A DNA stretch of 64,000 nucleotides, taken from the NCBI GenBank assembly GCA_022813865.1, contig JALDZX010000044.1:1-64000 (forward strand), written 5' to 3'. Source of the stretch: Xylographa opegraphella (Eukaryota). A program made the translations under genes and the position numbers. Under the pieces are notes generated by a model. That model saw only the letters and a list, made by a program, of their open reading frames with translations. It made no database searches and was not told the DNA's origin. Below are positions 29,801 to 42,626 of the stretch, piece after piece (within the stretch, counting starts at the first letter, position 1; each line of letters opens with the position of its first letter).

Positions 29801-30811
29801 GATTATAGCATGTACTGATAGATCCTGCACCAGTTCTTACATGTTAGCGATCGCCGGACACCTCGTCCCTCTCGAACATCCTCACCTACACGACTTCCTT
29901 ATACAGCTGTCAATGGGCTGAGAGCTGATTTTCGAAAACAACGGTCTATGTCCGTTGACGTTTCCAACAAAGACAACGATGTAGAAATGAGCGATCGCAT
30001 GAAACACACCAAAGACTTCAAAATGAAGGGATTCAAAGCCAACAGCAGGGGCAATTTCATTCAGGCCCCGTTCACGACGTTGGAAGAAATGTTTAAGAAA
30101 TTGCCACAGACCATTGGCTTCAATATCGAGATGAGTAGGTCAAAGGCACGAGAACCTCCGCATCGTTATCGACTAACGTACACACCCTACAGAATACCCG
30201 ATGCTCCACGAAAGCGAAGAGCAAGAAATGGACACCTACGCCGTCGAGCTCAACTCCTTCGTCGACACCGTCCTCACCAAAGTGTACGACCTCGGCAAAA
30301 AGCGCAACGTCATCTTCTCCTCCTTCAACCCGGACATCTGCCTGCTCCTGTCCTTCAAGCAGCCCTCCATCCCCATCCTCTTCCTCACCGACGCCGGCAC
30401 ATCCCCCGTCGGCGACATCCGCGCCAGCAGTCTGCAGGAGGCGATCCGCTTCGCCAGCCGCTGGAACTTGCTCGGTGTCGTCAGTGCCGCGGAGCCGCTG
30501 GTCATCAGCCCGCGCCTCGTGAAGGTGGTCAAGGAGAGTGGGCTGGTGTGCGTGAGTTATGGGAGCATCAATAATGAGCCGGATAAGGTGAAGGTAATGG
30601 CCCAGTCTCTGCAACCTCCCCCTTTCAAAGCTCGTGTCTAATAGAGACGCAGCTACAAGTCCAAGAAGGCATCGACGCCGTCATCGTTGACAGCGTCCTC
30701 GCCATCCGGAAGGGGCTCACCGAGTCGGAGCACACTTCCGATGCCAACGCAAGCGGCAGCGTGGATGGCTCGGCGGCGAATGGGAATGCTGTCACTACTG
30801 TTGCCGAATAA
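26882..30811 (+). CDS. GDE1: Glycerophosphodiester phosphodiesterase Gde1 (SPX-ankyrin-GDPD)
   Basis: MKFGRNLPRNQVPEWASSYINYKALKKLIK (SPX), ankyrin repeats, VIGHRG...LGENTIQSF...YVEFDVQLTKDH (GDPD), GIDAVIVDSV. Many introns, including a 4-nt exon. Confidence 0.96.
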
Positions 30812-31880
30812 TCTTCTAACCTGTGGGGGATATCCTGGCTGCGACGGATGTCGCTTCATGTACACTAGCGCGCGTGGGAAAGAAGCTGCTTTATCGGGCT
30901 TCGGGTAAGGTAGGTATCATAGAGTTTAGATGCTGGTATTCTATCACTACCAAGCAAGCAAGTACACCTTGGATTCGTTTTGCTCATTGTAGAATGCGCA
31001 AGGTAGAGAATTTTACCCAGCGTCTCGCCTCCCTGCTGGAGTGCTCACGATCCCTTTACTTCCGTTACGGATGGGTGTATCGTAGACCACCGGATCTTAG
31101 TATCGTGCCCCTACTTCCCTAGCGGACGACTGCGGTTCTTGGGCTGGGAGCGGACTGGGGTGGCTGCATGAGGGCTAGGACGTACAGGAGCCGAGAGAGC
31201 AAGGGATTTTCAATGGCTGAAGCAAAGTAAACCATTCAAAAAAAAAGGGCCAGCAGAAACCCAAGCGCCAACGATTCACATCGCCTCACTCACTCATCCA
31301 CAACACGCAAGCATGGCCATGGGATCTAAACTTTTTCGCGTGCATATGCGCACCACTACATGTATGTACAAGCTCGCTTGAAAAGGACGGTCTCTACGGG
31401 AGGTAGACAGGTCCAGGATAGCAAGAATGCAGATGAGTGAATCGCGCGCACACATATGGGTGGGCAAGGCAGGTAATGGTGTAAGGTAGGTAGGTGTGTA
31501 TCCGATAAGAGGGGTCTTCGCTGAGAGGGACGATAGCGTGCGACTGGTGAATGCCCCGGGGGATGTTGGCTACCTACCATGCAAAGCTGCAGGAAACGAC
31601 TAGCTATCGAAAAGCAGTGGGTTATTAGGGAGTGGGATTATTAATGCTGATTGGGGAGACTTGGTTGCTGGTATCCCATGATACTGCTTTGCGAGCCGGA
31701 TATGCAATGTCTGCGTAGGGAGTACAGCTGGAGGAAGACGCCCGTGCAGGAAGCCGTGAAGAGGTTGAAAAGTGCTGTCGTTCAGAGTTGTGTTGTTACA
31801 TCGGTAGTAGTCATGCGTGATGATTACGCAGTTGAAGAGCCAGGACGGTATGGCCGTCAAGATAACTCGAGCCCAGGTGT

Positions 31881-34800
31881 TTATCTCTGACCCATGAGAG
31901 CAATGGCTCTGGCTGCTTCGGCGGCGGCTTCGGCCACGGCGTTCATCCCTGCATTAGGGTACCGTGTGTCTCGCCCGTAGCTGTGTAGACTGTTGACTTG
32001 AGGTTTTGTTTCATCCGGAGCATCGTCGGCAGAGATGGTCGAGTCACGGCGCATCCTTGCTGCTTCGCTGGTTGCATCTTCGGTATGGTGGGCAATGCCA
32101 GAAGGGTTGGCGGCACGTTCTCCAATGGAAGGAATTGGGGTTTGGTCCTCAGCAACTGAGTCCACGGTGACATTCATCCCAATACCATTGACGCCGTTAG
32201 CAAAAGTGGTTGGGCCATTCGAGGTAGCGTTAGCAGCAGCCCCACTCTGTGCCATACCACCGAGTGCCAGCACCGCTTCGATGTGCTCTCGATCCTCGTT
32301 CCCGCCAGGAAGAGCTGGTCGTCCACCCTCATCACTCTTGGCAGCTTGCGCAGGAGCCCTTGTCTTGAGTTCCCCAGTAACGAATTGGAGATAGTATGGA
32401 ACCTCGATTCCGGACTTCAAGAAGAAGAGCTTCAAGTTTCGAGCTTTATCTTTGAGCTGAACCTGATTTCTATCTTTGAGACTCTCATTGATAGTACCAC
32501 CAGCTCCAAACATGGCGAGGATTTGACTCCAGTGAGGTCCTTTGACACGATCCAAACCTGCCATCAGGGCATTCTCCTCTTCAGTTGTCCATGGACGACG
32601 CTGCGATGGCGTGCCGGCACGTCGGTTGTTGGGCGTAGACTTTGCAGTTGCGGCTTGACGAGCACGCTCGTACAGAATCTGAGTTGGAGCTGTCTGTGTA
32701 GGATATGGAATGCCATGAACATCCGGGTACAACTGCTGGTGTTGATTTGCATCGCCGCCTACATGAACATTCATCTGATGATGTTGTTGAAGATAGTACC
32801 CAGGAGGAGGTTGGGGAAGCATTTGGGATTGATGATGCTGGAATTGATATTGGAAAGAATGATGTTGACCAGGATGCTGGGGCGGTCCAGGAGCCAACTG
32901 ATATCCCGGCGGAGGTATGATTACAGGGTGCTGAGCATGCCCAGGATGCGGTGGGTGCCCAGGGTGCTGCGGAAGCCTCGGCTGTTGTAAGACCCCGTTA
33001 TGTTGAGCATGGACCAGATACTGAGGATGAGGGGAGTATTGTGGTTGTGACGGCATCTGTTGATTCATAGGATGGCCATTTGGAACACCAAAACCTTGCA
33101 GGGCAAATTGAGCTGCACGTGCTGCTTTTCCTGCGATATCATCCGTATCCACTTGTGGATGAGCTCCAGTACCGTTTTGAACGGATGGCTGGAGTGGGTT
33201 CTGCCTTTGGTGATGATGCTGTAGACATTGCTGTTGCTGTTGTTGTGTTTGTAGCTCTTGCTGCGGAGACTGGTGAGTTACCTGCTGCTGTGTTTGAGCT
33301 TGTGTTTGCAATTGCTTTTGCTCATACTCGTTCTGCTGTTGTTGATGTGAGTCTGAACTGATTTCGTTCGTTGCCTTGGTACGGTTGATCTTTCTAGCGG
33401 CCTGCACCGGGGTCAGTCCATTGTATGGACAAAGATGTATCGGATTTCTTACAGGTAACCCAACAAGCATCTCAAAGTTCTTACTCACATAGCCGCTGAT
33501 GTCGTGCAAGAAGTCTTCCCATACGTACTTGTCTGGGAGTGCTTCGATCGCAGCTTCTGTTTCGGGCTCATCTAGAAGAGCTTTACATCGATTTTGGGCA
33601 CGTTGGATAAATTCAGCTTCACTAGGCGCCAGCTGCTTTGCCCCCGGCCGTCGGCTAAGAAGACGAGCCTCTAGGTCTGGTGGAAAAAGTTCCAAGAGGA
33701 TTTGTTTTCTTGAGTGTGCACCGCGGGACACTGCCGAAATGTATGCTTGAGTCTTGAGATCAAGGAATAACTGAGCTTGTGATTTGAGTAGCCGGTTGCC
33801 GTCAGCGACAAACGTGTCGAGAAAGTACTCGTTGAGATGATAGAACCCGACGCCGTGACTTCCAAACACAGCGGATACAAACGTGGCTAGATTCGCCTTG
33901 CGAACAGCTTCAATCGCTCCCGGTCCTTCAGAGTTGAGCGTTGGGATGGTCAAAAACACATCTTCGACCGAGTAAACCTTCTTTGTATGATTAAAAAGCG
34001 AAGTAAGCATATTGTAATTGTGGCCAATCTCCGAATCAGGATCGGTAACCATGGTAAGGATCTCCGAGTAAGATGAGTTTCCGAGCCTGTGCAAGATTTG
34101 CGTAGCCTGACAATTGTTAGTGAATGGGATAGGATGAACGCGCTGTACAAACCAAGTTGTCCAGGATCGGAATGGTTTGGGCTTTGAGATAGGCCGAAGA
34201 TTCCCAAGTAGGGAGACCGTACGCGTCCATTACACTACGGTCACTATCAAGACCTCGAGCACTATCAATTCGTTCCCCACGATCCACAATACTCATCATG
34301 AGTGCTACCATCTCAGATGTACTTGAGACATCTGTATTCTGCTCATTCTGAGTTTCTAATAGAGTAGCTTCGTGATCTGATGACAGGAGTTGTGAACCAG
34401 GTGAAGGAATCGGCAGCAAAGGCGGAGTGATGTGTTTCGGAGCGGCATTCTGGCGACTTAGTACGCGTTGTAGTCTAGATGCCGCTATATCCGCAACCTT
34501 ATCTTTTGTCTCCTCTGGACTCGCTGACACTGTATCCTGACTAGAAGTCTCGGTGATGCAATGCCTGGTTTTAGGAGATGCACGCCCACTGACTGGAGAA
34601 GCTGTTTTCCGCAGACCGGAGCGCCTGTTGGCCACATGTTGAGAAGTTCCAAGCACTTCATCTGCTGGTAAGGAATCGGTTCGACGCCTTTTGCGCAATC
34701 TTGAGCCGATGGTGTCAACTGGCTCTTCAATCAAGCTATACGAATTCGAAAGCTCTAAGGTTACGCGACATCATATATTAGCACGGTCACAAAAAGAATA

Positions 34801-35020
34801 CGGAGACGGCAGCAATAAAGGGCTGAACAGTACGACCTCAGTTGCTCCGACTCGGGTCTTAGCCCTATACTAGACGTCGCGAACAACCACGAAGGGGCAG
34901 AGTGAATGTACCTAGACTTGGAGTAATATTGTCTGCAGCGGATCTTAGAGCAGAGGCGGTCTTGTGTACAGAGACAGCCTGAGCAGCGACTCCTGGCTGT
35001 TTGGCGCGTGTGGTCACCAT
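31881..35020 (-). CDS. TBF1: Telomere-repeat-binding Myb/telobox protein Tbf1
   Basis: RKANLATFV...FLDLKTQAYIS (TRFH-like region) and telobox RRPWTTEEENALMAGLDRVKGPHWSQIL...RNQVQLKDKARNLK. Start MVTTRAK at 35020 inferred through two short phase-compatible exons. Confidence 0.9.
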
Positions 35021-36072
35021 GTCGATGGATTTGGAGAGGTTGGTGCAGATGTGGTGAAAAGTGACACGTCGTAGTTCCTCCCTGTCACGGGCCCAGGCCC
35101 TAGAAATTCAAACCTACCCTAACCCGTAGCGTAAGCTTTAGCGCTGAGCTTAAACGGCCTGTGAAGCATCTACAAGCATGAATCTACGCATCGTCTTTGA
35201 CAATATCTATCAAATATGGTTGCTTAGCAAGGAGACAAGCCTTTGTGATGAGCTACCATCCTCGGACGGGGATTGGCATTTCTCGAGTGAAAGAGAAAGG
35301 CTCTCGTCTTTGTGTTGATATGAAGCACTAGCGATGCACAAGAAGATACAAGTGATGGCTGACCTTCACACTCCAGGTGAAGGGCTTGATTCACGTCTGC
35401 TATTTAGACAAAGACAGAAGCTTCTACCAAGCGACCGTGATGTTGACGAAGGCAGTCGCACTCAACGTGGTGGCAATAGTTGACTTCCCGAAGGATGTGA
35501 TTCGCCTTTACATTTTGAAGTGGACAGGTACATCCACTTCCGCCAAAAGAAGGTTCTGATAAGGAGAAGATACTTACATAACTATGGTTATGGTCTAGGA
35601 ATACGATTGTGGGCGCGTCGAGGGCGAGAGATGCTTCAAATAACAACTATATTCATTCTTTGGTTAATGCTGTGGCGGCGCATGTGAATCACCGAACCGA
35701 CCATGAGCGGGCTAACCCGAAAAAGTCAAGGCCATTTCCAGATCCAAAGCGAGCAATCAATGACCTCATCATGCTTCGGGCCGGGAGTGACCGCCAAGTA
35801 TGCAGCAGGCTTGATGCGGCATAGCTCGGATACAGCTGCATGCTAGCTTATCGAGGCAGGGGGAGCTTCGATTGGACTAACCTGATCCAAGAAACCCCGC
35901 CTCCGCCCACCACCAAATCCCGCCCCTACTCTAGCCTGGCCTGGCTATCTCATGGCGGACATGCAGAGAGCCTCGAGAGGCTGGGAGCTGCCTTCTCCTC
36001 CTCCTACTCCGCCGAATATCATTCGTTCTTGTCGTATACCGACCTGCTTCAGCTCGTGTTGTCTGCAGCACG

Positions 36073-37909
36073 ATGGCTCAACTTCTTTGGACTGCTCTGC
36101 TTCTGACGGCCTGGTTCCAGGGCGCCGTCACCGCGTCCAACGGCAGTGAGACGATCTGGAGCTCCGTGGTCATAACCAGGAACGGGGACAGCATACCACT
36201 GATCGCCAATGAGCCTACCGTTCTCACCCCTCTTGGAGCTCAGCAGCTTTATTCCGCCGGCGCCCTGTTTCGAAACCGGTACATTGCTCCGTCTGATGCG
36301 GTGACCTACGCACAATACATCATCAACGACATCTCGACATATGAGATTGACAATAGTCAAACCTTCGCTCTTTCTTTACTGGACGAGTATGTCGCAGCCT
36401 CGGCCCAGGCTTTCATCCAAGGCCTGTACCCTCCACTGACCGAGTCATTCCCATCTGGGAATCCTATCATTACCGCCGTATCACTATTAGCCAATGGCTC
36501 GAATATTGCATTTCCACTTGGTAGGTGCCTGTTACGATGTATTCGTGGCTCAGACTGATCTTTGTCTAGGTGGATATCAATATTCGAATATTTATGCTAC
36601 CTCATCACTCGATCCGTACTCCATATGGCTTGCAGGCCAGACCAATTGCAATGGCTTCCTCGTCTCTGGATCCGAGTACTTTGACACGCCGGAATATCTC
36701 TCCGTCGCGGCTGCCACCCAAGACTTTTACCAAAGCATCGCTACCTCCATTTTTGGCGGCGAGCTTCCTGAAAGCGATATAAATTGTAAATTCGTCTCCA
36801 GTTTTTGTATCATGAGCGCCTTGCTAACAAAATCTTCAGACCACAATGCATACTACATTTTCGACTACGTAAACTATGGATATCTGCACAACGCGACCAT
36901 CCATGACCGGATCACCGACGATCAATTGGCACAACTGCGGACTCTGGCTGATCAATGGGAGTTCGCAATCAATGGGAATCTTTCTGCAAGCGGATACTAT
37001 AGCGGCGATCGTATCCGCACGATTGCAGGACAAACACTCGCAGCGGAGGTCCTTGGGCTGTTTCTGAACGGTATCGAGACTGGAGGATCGACTTCTAAGC
37101 TCAACCTTCTCTTTACCACTTTCGACCCAATGATCTCACTTGCTTCTTTGATCGGGCTTCCCGATATGTACGAAGCCTTCTTCGGCCTCCCAGAGCTCGG
37201 TTCCAGCATGGTCTTCGAGATGTTTACCGACGCCAACGTTACCTCCGACAACTACCCCTCCGTTGCGGACCTCCAGGTCCGCTTCCTCTTCCGCAACGGT
37301 ACCAACAGCACTATGAATCTTGACATGTACCCGATCTTCGGCAATCCCGAGACAATGATGACTATGAGCTTGGACGACTTCACCACCGCCATCGAAGGCA
37401 TCATGACCGCTACCGTCAGCGACTGGTGCAACATCTGCCAGGCCGAAACACTCTTCTGCGCCGCCTACAACAACATCACCAACTCCTCTTCCCCCGGCGC
37501 CTCCGATTCCTCGAGCCCCGCCTCCCACCCCGCCGTCGCCGGCGTCATCGGCGCCATCATCGCCCTCATCCTCGCCGGCCTCGCCCTCGCCCTCGCCATG
37601 CTCCTCTTCGGCGTCCGCTTCCATCGCCGCCCTAACCCGAAGCGCCGCAGCCACCTCGGCGGCTTCAAGGGCGCAGAGAAAATGGCCAGCGACCCGGACC
37701 TCACGGTCCTCAAAGGCGGGGCGGGCGCGACGGTCGTGCGGGACGGGCAGGCACCGGGGCACGAGCGGGTCGGTAGCTGGGAGCTGGGCGAGGGCAGCAA
37801 GGGCAAGGACTTCGGCGGGCTGCCGAGCGCGATGGGGGAGCGCAGGCCGAGTTTCGAGGCTGATGAGGAGATGCATCGCGAGCCGGTCAAGGTGGATGAG
37901 AGGGTGTGA
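36073..37909 (+). CDS. Secreted/type-I membrane histidine acid phosphatase-like protein, catalytic motifs degenerate
   Basis: Signal peptide, RNGDSIP...LTPLGAQQLYSAG (RHGxRxP position), SMVFEMF, VRFLFRNGT, WCNIC, C-terminal transmembrane helix. Introns ~36521-36569 and 36786-36839. Confidence 0.82.
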
Positions 37910-38705
37910 GGTGAATGGGATGGGACGGGATTGTGAGGTGGGGGAATAAGGGGGGGGTGTGAGATGATGTGATGATTCTATGGGGGTTTCTGGAAATGAC
38001 TGGCTGGTGGGATTCTACGCGATGACTTGGAATGGCATGGAATGGAATGAACCTGGATGGCTGTTATAAGTACGCGGCTCGATGAGCACGAGTACGTATG
38101 TCTAGATAGTGGTAATTTCTATGTTGATTCACGATAAACGTTTACCTCCCCCCCCCTTTTATCTCCTTTATTTCTTTGGTTTGATAGATCAGTCCCAAGC
38201 CCCTGACTGATATAAATCTTCATTCTACCTCAACAAGATTAGGCAAGGTAAGGTAAGCTAAGATACTACAATAGACAGACCCCATCCCCTCCCCATCCCC
38301 ATCCCCATCCCCGCCAGCGCCCGTCAAGGGGGGGGGGGGGGGAGGGTGGGGCTTGTCATGTCTACAGCGCACGAAGTAGATATCGCGACGGACATCGGTT
38401 TGTTGCTTGTGCGTGGTACTGACAGCCACTAGAGGACCTTGGTCTAGGTAGGGGCGGGTAGGGCGGGTAGGAGAGATGGTTGGCAGTGGCTGGCGATGCG
38501 GTGGGGTGGGCTGTCGCTTTTGGATGAGGTAGGGAGGCTGGGGGATTGTGTTGGAAGGGTGGTATGGCGCTTTATAGCCGGAGCGGAGGGACAGGTTGAT
38601 TGGGAGCGGAGCGCATGGCGGTGCAAAGATTGCGGGGTGCCAGGTGTTGGAGATATAGCTGGTAGGTTTACGGTATGTTAATGCTAATTCTAATGCTGAT
38701 ACACA

Positions 38706-38752
38706 GAAGAAGAAATAAGAAGAAGAAGAAGAAGATGAAGTTGAAGATGAAG
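38706..38752. repeat. (GAA)n-like microsatellite
   Basis: gaagaagaaataagaagaagaagaagaagatgaagttgaagatgaag. Confidence 0.75.
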
Positions 38753-38965
38753 CAGAAACGCTCATAAGACGGAACGATCCGCAGCAAGAGGCCATCCGCT
38801 TCCGAGGCCCACTCCCATGATGAGGGTACCCCAAACAGCATCCACCTCAGCCACAAGAAGATCAAGATTCCCAACTCCCAGCGCTCATGCAGTTCCAGTC
38901 CACGCTCGACTTTTTGGCAAAGCAGGCAACGGGGGAAAGCCATTCCTTCGCGACATTCCCACCTC

Positions 38966-41900
38966 TCACGCGGCCCCCATCCCCCGCATGATATGCCGCG
39001 CGATCGTCTCCGGCGCCTCCCCACCCCCGCCATCTTCCTGCAGAGCCTGATGCCTCGGCGGCCCCTTCGCGGCAACCCCCCCGCGTCCTCCGAATCTGTA
39101 AGCCGGCAAGCTAATCGGCAAAGTACTAACCTTCCCCCCCGCCGTCTTCGTGAGCGCACAGTTCGCCGCGTTGGGCGTCTTCTGGGGCTTGCAGAACTGG
39201 CAGACGCCCGACCGGTTGAGGCGGCAGGCGCCCTGGCCCGCGAGGCCGGTCTTGCAGGCCGGCGAGCCGAAGGCGAGCTGGCAGGAAGCGGCGTTCTGCA
39301 TGAATTTGCCGGTGATCGGGTTGCAGAAGGGGGCTTCGACGCAGACGAGGCCGGAACTGCAGCCGCCGCCGCCGTTGAGGATCATCGGGTTGCAGAGGTC
39401 GTTGAGGGCTTTGCCTATGCCGTCGTCGTCCGGGGTGTCGGTGCCGATGATGAGGGCGAGGTCGATGAATGTTTCGAGGTTTGTGGCCGGGAGCGGCGTG
39501 GAGGATCCGGCGGCGGCCCAGGCGGCCTTTTGGGCGGCGGAGGGCCCGATGGTGTCGGTGGCGCTGCCGGTGGAGGAAGGGTGGTTCGTGGAGTCTTGCA
39601 CGCACAGGCCGGGGTTCTTCCAAGTTGCGTCGGCGGCGTATTGCCAGAGGGCGCCGAAATCGAAAAAGGTGAGGTTGGTGAGGAAAATGCGGCAGTTGGC
39701 GGCCTCGTACGCGAACTGCAGGGGGAAGTTCTGGTCGCGCCGGATCTGGTCCTGCAGGTTGAAGCTGGCGACCTCGACGACGAATTCGAGGGTGCGGTTG
39801 GGGAGGATGGTCGCGGCGGTATCGTTGACGTACGAGACGTAGTATATGTCCGTGTCGAGGTAGTCGGCTTCGTATTCGCGCGCGCCACGGGCGCCGGCGA
39901 CGGCCTGCATGGGACCAAAGGATGGGCGGCCACCCACGACGACCGTGCGGACGCCAGCTTCGTAGTGCATCATTTCGGTGAAAAGAGTACACGTCGAGGA
40001 GCAGAGACCGTCAGTAAGCTGGAGATGGTAAGTACAGCTGACGACGGAGAGTGAATCATTGAAGGCGTACCAAAATGATATCCTCTGCTGCAAATGGTGG
40101 TGTTGTGTTTGCTACCGTGCGGTTGCCATAACCGAAGATGACTTCGTATGCATTCTGCTCGTCAAAATCGATGTTTGAGAGGTTGTCACGTTGCTGATGA
40201 TGCGTCGTTAGTATAACAACACATTCGGGCAACGGTACTTACAATGGTCGTGAAGAAGTCGAGACGATCTTGAGTAGGTCCGAAGTACTCTGGCCAGGTA
40301 GCAAAGTTCTCGCCGTTAGCAGCGTCGAGATACACCGGAGCAGCCCAAGGATTTCCCAAAAGATAATCAAGAATGGTCGTGTTGAAGGAGTCAACGTTGG
40401 CATTGAAGAAGTCGGTATAACTATTCCCTATTATGTCTGCCGTCGGATGGGCTCGTGCACGGCTGCCAGCGAAGGGATCAATTGAGGGGAAGAACTTGAG
40501 GGTCGTGTAAGATACCGCACTTCGAAGAGTCCAAGAGACTTACTTGTTTGAATGTATCTGTCGCGAGGAGGCGGATCCCTCCGTAGTTTTGCTGCAGATC
40601 AATGACAATCTTCTTCACTCCAGCAGCTTGGCACATCTGGATGAAACTACCAACCGTAGCTGAGAACGATGTGGAATTATTGGGATCAAAACTCGGAATA
40701 CTCAAAACACCTGTCACCCCATCATCGAGTATATAACCTGTAAGCACACCTCCTGCACCAAGATCCACTTCCGAAATCAGAGGATACTCCGGATACGCAA
40801 TGTTTGGCCAAGCAGATGGTGTAGCGGGAGACCCCAAGTCTTGGGTAGCTGTGGCCGCAGCTATCGTCGTAGCCGCTGTAGCCGTTGCAGCTTGTCTCTT
40901 CCACTTGGGAGCCGAGTTGAAGTCCACGCCTCGTTTCACCTTTGTCTCCTGGCTAGCAATGTCAGGGCTGTCGTTGATGATGAAGGTGTTGTAGAAGTCC
41001 TCAGCACTTGCAATCGGAATCTGGTCGTCGACATTGTTGAAGACTGCCAGCCACGGGATATTTCCAATCCCGGTGCCATTTTCAAAGGTGATGCTGAATA
41101 CTTCACCAGGATAGAAAGGCGTTATCCCCGTGAACGCGTTCACTAAGCCTTGGACATCCCCAGCCGCATTATAGACCAGATTGTTCCAATCGGCATTAGG
41201 GTCGGTATACCCTTGAGAATTGATGGCAGCAAACTGCGTGAAGAAGGTGGTAGCATCTTGCCCATTGACCTTCACGATCGGTGAAGCAGTATATGGTTGA
41301 GATATCGAAGCAAGCAAGTCACCTTCGCCGCATTTGAGTCTAAGTCCAACAGAATTCTCGGGGCTACTTTACGCACCAGTAATGTAAATCTGCGGAGGTG
41401 CGTGGCCGTCAAGCGACACAGAAGAAATGTAGAATGGGCTTCCGAAACTGAAGATACTGGTTGCACCGGCTAACAGATACAGGTGGCTGTCGTGAGCAGA
41501 GAAAACGAGATTTTGCAGTTCAAGCTCGAAGTCGTATTGATTATCGAAAACGCCCGTATCCACATTTCTCTGTATACGGTCCAGACCTCCCAGGATATCG
41601 ACGCCGGGCTGCTGGTAGCTCGGGGGAGGATTCTTCAAATATGTCAAGGTACTCTGGAACTCGAGGGAGTCCTTGTAGTACTTGAGAAACTGAGTAGCGA
41701 CTGTCTGATTGAAGGGTACTGTTATTAGGCAATTATATACATCCAAAGCGGTAAAAATATCACCTGTGTCTACGAGTCAGACCAAGAGCGTATGTGAGCC
41801 CGAATATCGTGACTTACTTCCAGAGTTAAAGATTGTATAACAAGCATCTCCAGTGCCGTCGGTTGACTGTCGCCGCGCTATGCTCGAAAGATCATGCACA

Positions 41901-41998
41901 GACGCTAGCGAAGCGATGGATTTCGCGCGCGAGTGTGGACGCGAAGCGAGAGCTGATGTAAGCCAAAGAAGCGTGAAGAAAACGAATGGCAGCAACAT
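38966..41998 (-). CDS. Secreted peptidase S41-family protein with Cys-rich C-terminal extension (6 exons)
   Basis: Signal peptide, FQSTLTYLKNPP, AHDSHL, VLSIPSF, KKIVIDLQQNYGG, DIILLTDGLCSSTC (catalytic Ser region), VGGRP..GPMQAV, PLQFAYEAANCRIF. All introns are phase-compatible. Confidence 0.87.
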
Positions 41999-42626
41999 CG
42001 CTCAGGAAAAACGAGCAACAAAAGAGCAGAAAGTCAACGAAGAGGGAAGGCAGAGAGAAGACATTAAAAGGACAGGCTTCTTTCACCCCTCTAGAACGTG
42101 AGGTATTATTTGCACTAACTGCAGAATTAGAAAGATGCATCTCCCAGTCAGAGGCCCCGACTCTTTCAGTTTCATCCGCCCGCGTATTGGGGGCGAAAAC
42201 GGAGGCCTTCCTCGATCGGGCAGAAGCTGCCGAGTAGCGTCGTAGGGCTTGGTGGCTATGCCAGCCGCAGAATGCGCGGCAGCCGTTTTGATTGGCTCGT
42301 GCACGGGAATGTCATTTGCTAAGTGCCCACGCGCCCGATCTAGCACCACTAGCGTCAGCCGTTCCAAGGCACCGATCGGGTCATCCTGTCGCTAGCGTCC
42401 GAGTGTTAGTCTCGTCTCATCCTGCTGGATTCGTCATCAAGCCGCAAATGAATGCTACCTGAGGACGAGACGGACGTTAACGGCCTCGACTCATAAACGG
42501 CTCAGCGGCGAGCACTACCACCTACGTAGTATAGTATATATGATGTCGCGAGTCTCGATATGAGACATGGGTGTGTTGCCATGATATACTATTCATTCTG
42601 GTTTCTTCAACAGCCCCGTAGAGAGT

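Noticed and set aside
35245..35362. Possible C/D snoRNA (GTGATGA ... CTGA) near the Tbf1-like site
   Set aside because: No convincing terminal stem or recognisable rRNA-complementary guide; it would need snoscan or Infernal.
38993..40054. Long antisense and alternative-frame ORFs (353, 288 and 230 aa) over the S41 gene; similar ones over TFB4, PRMT5, MRE11 and the phosphatase-like gene
   Set aside because: Shadow ORFs expected from very high GC3; no recognisable motifs.
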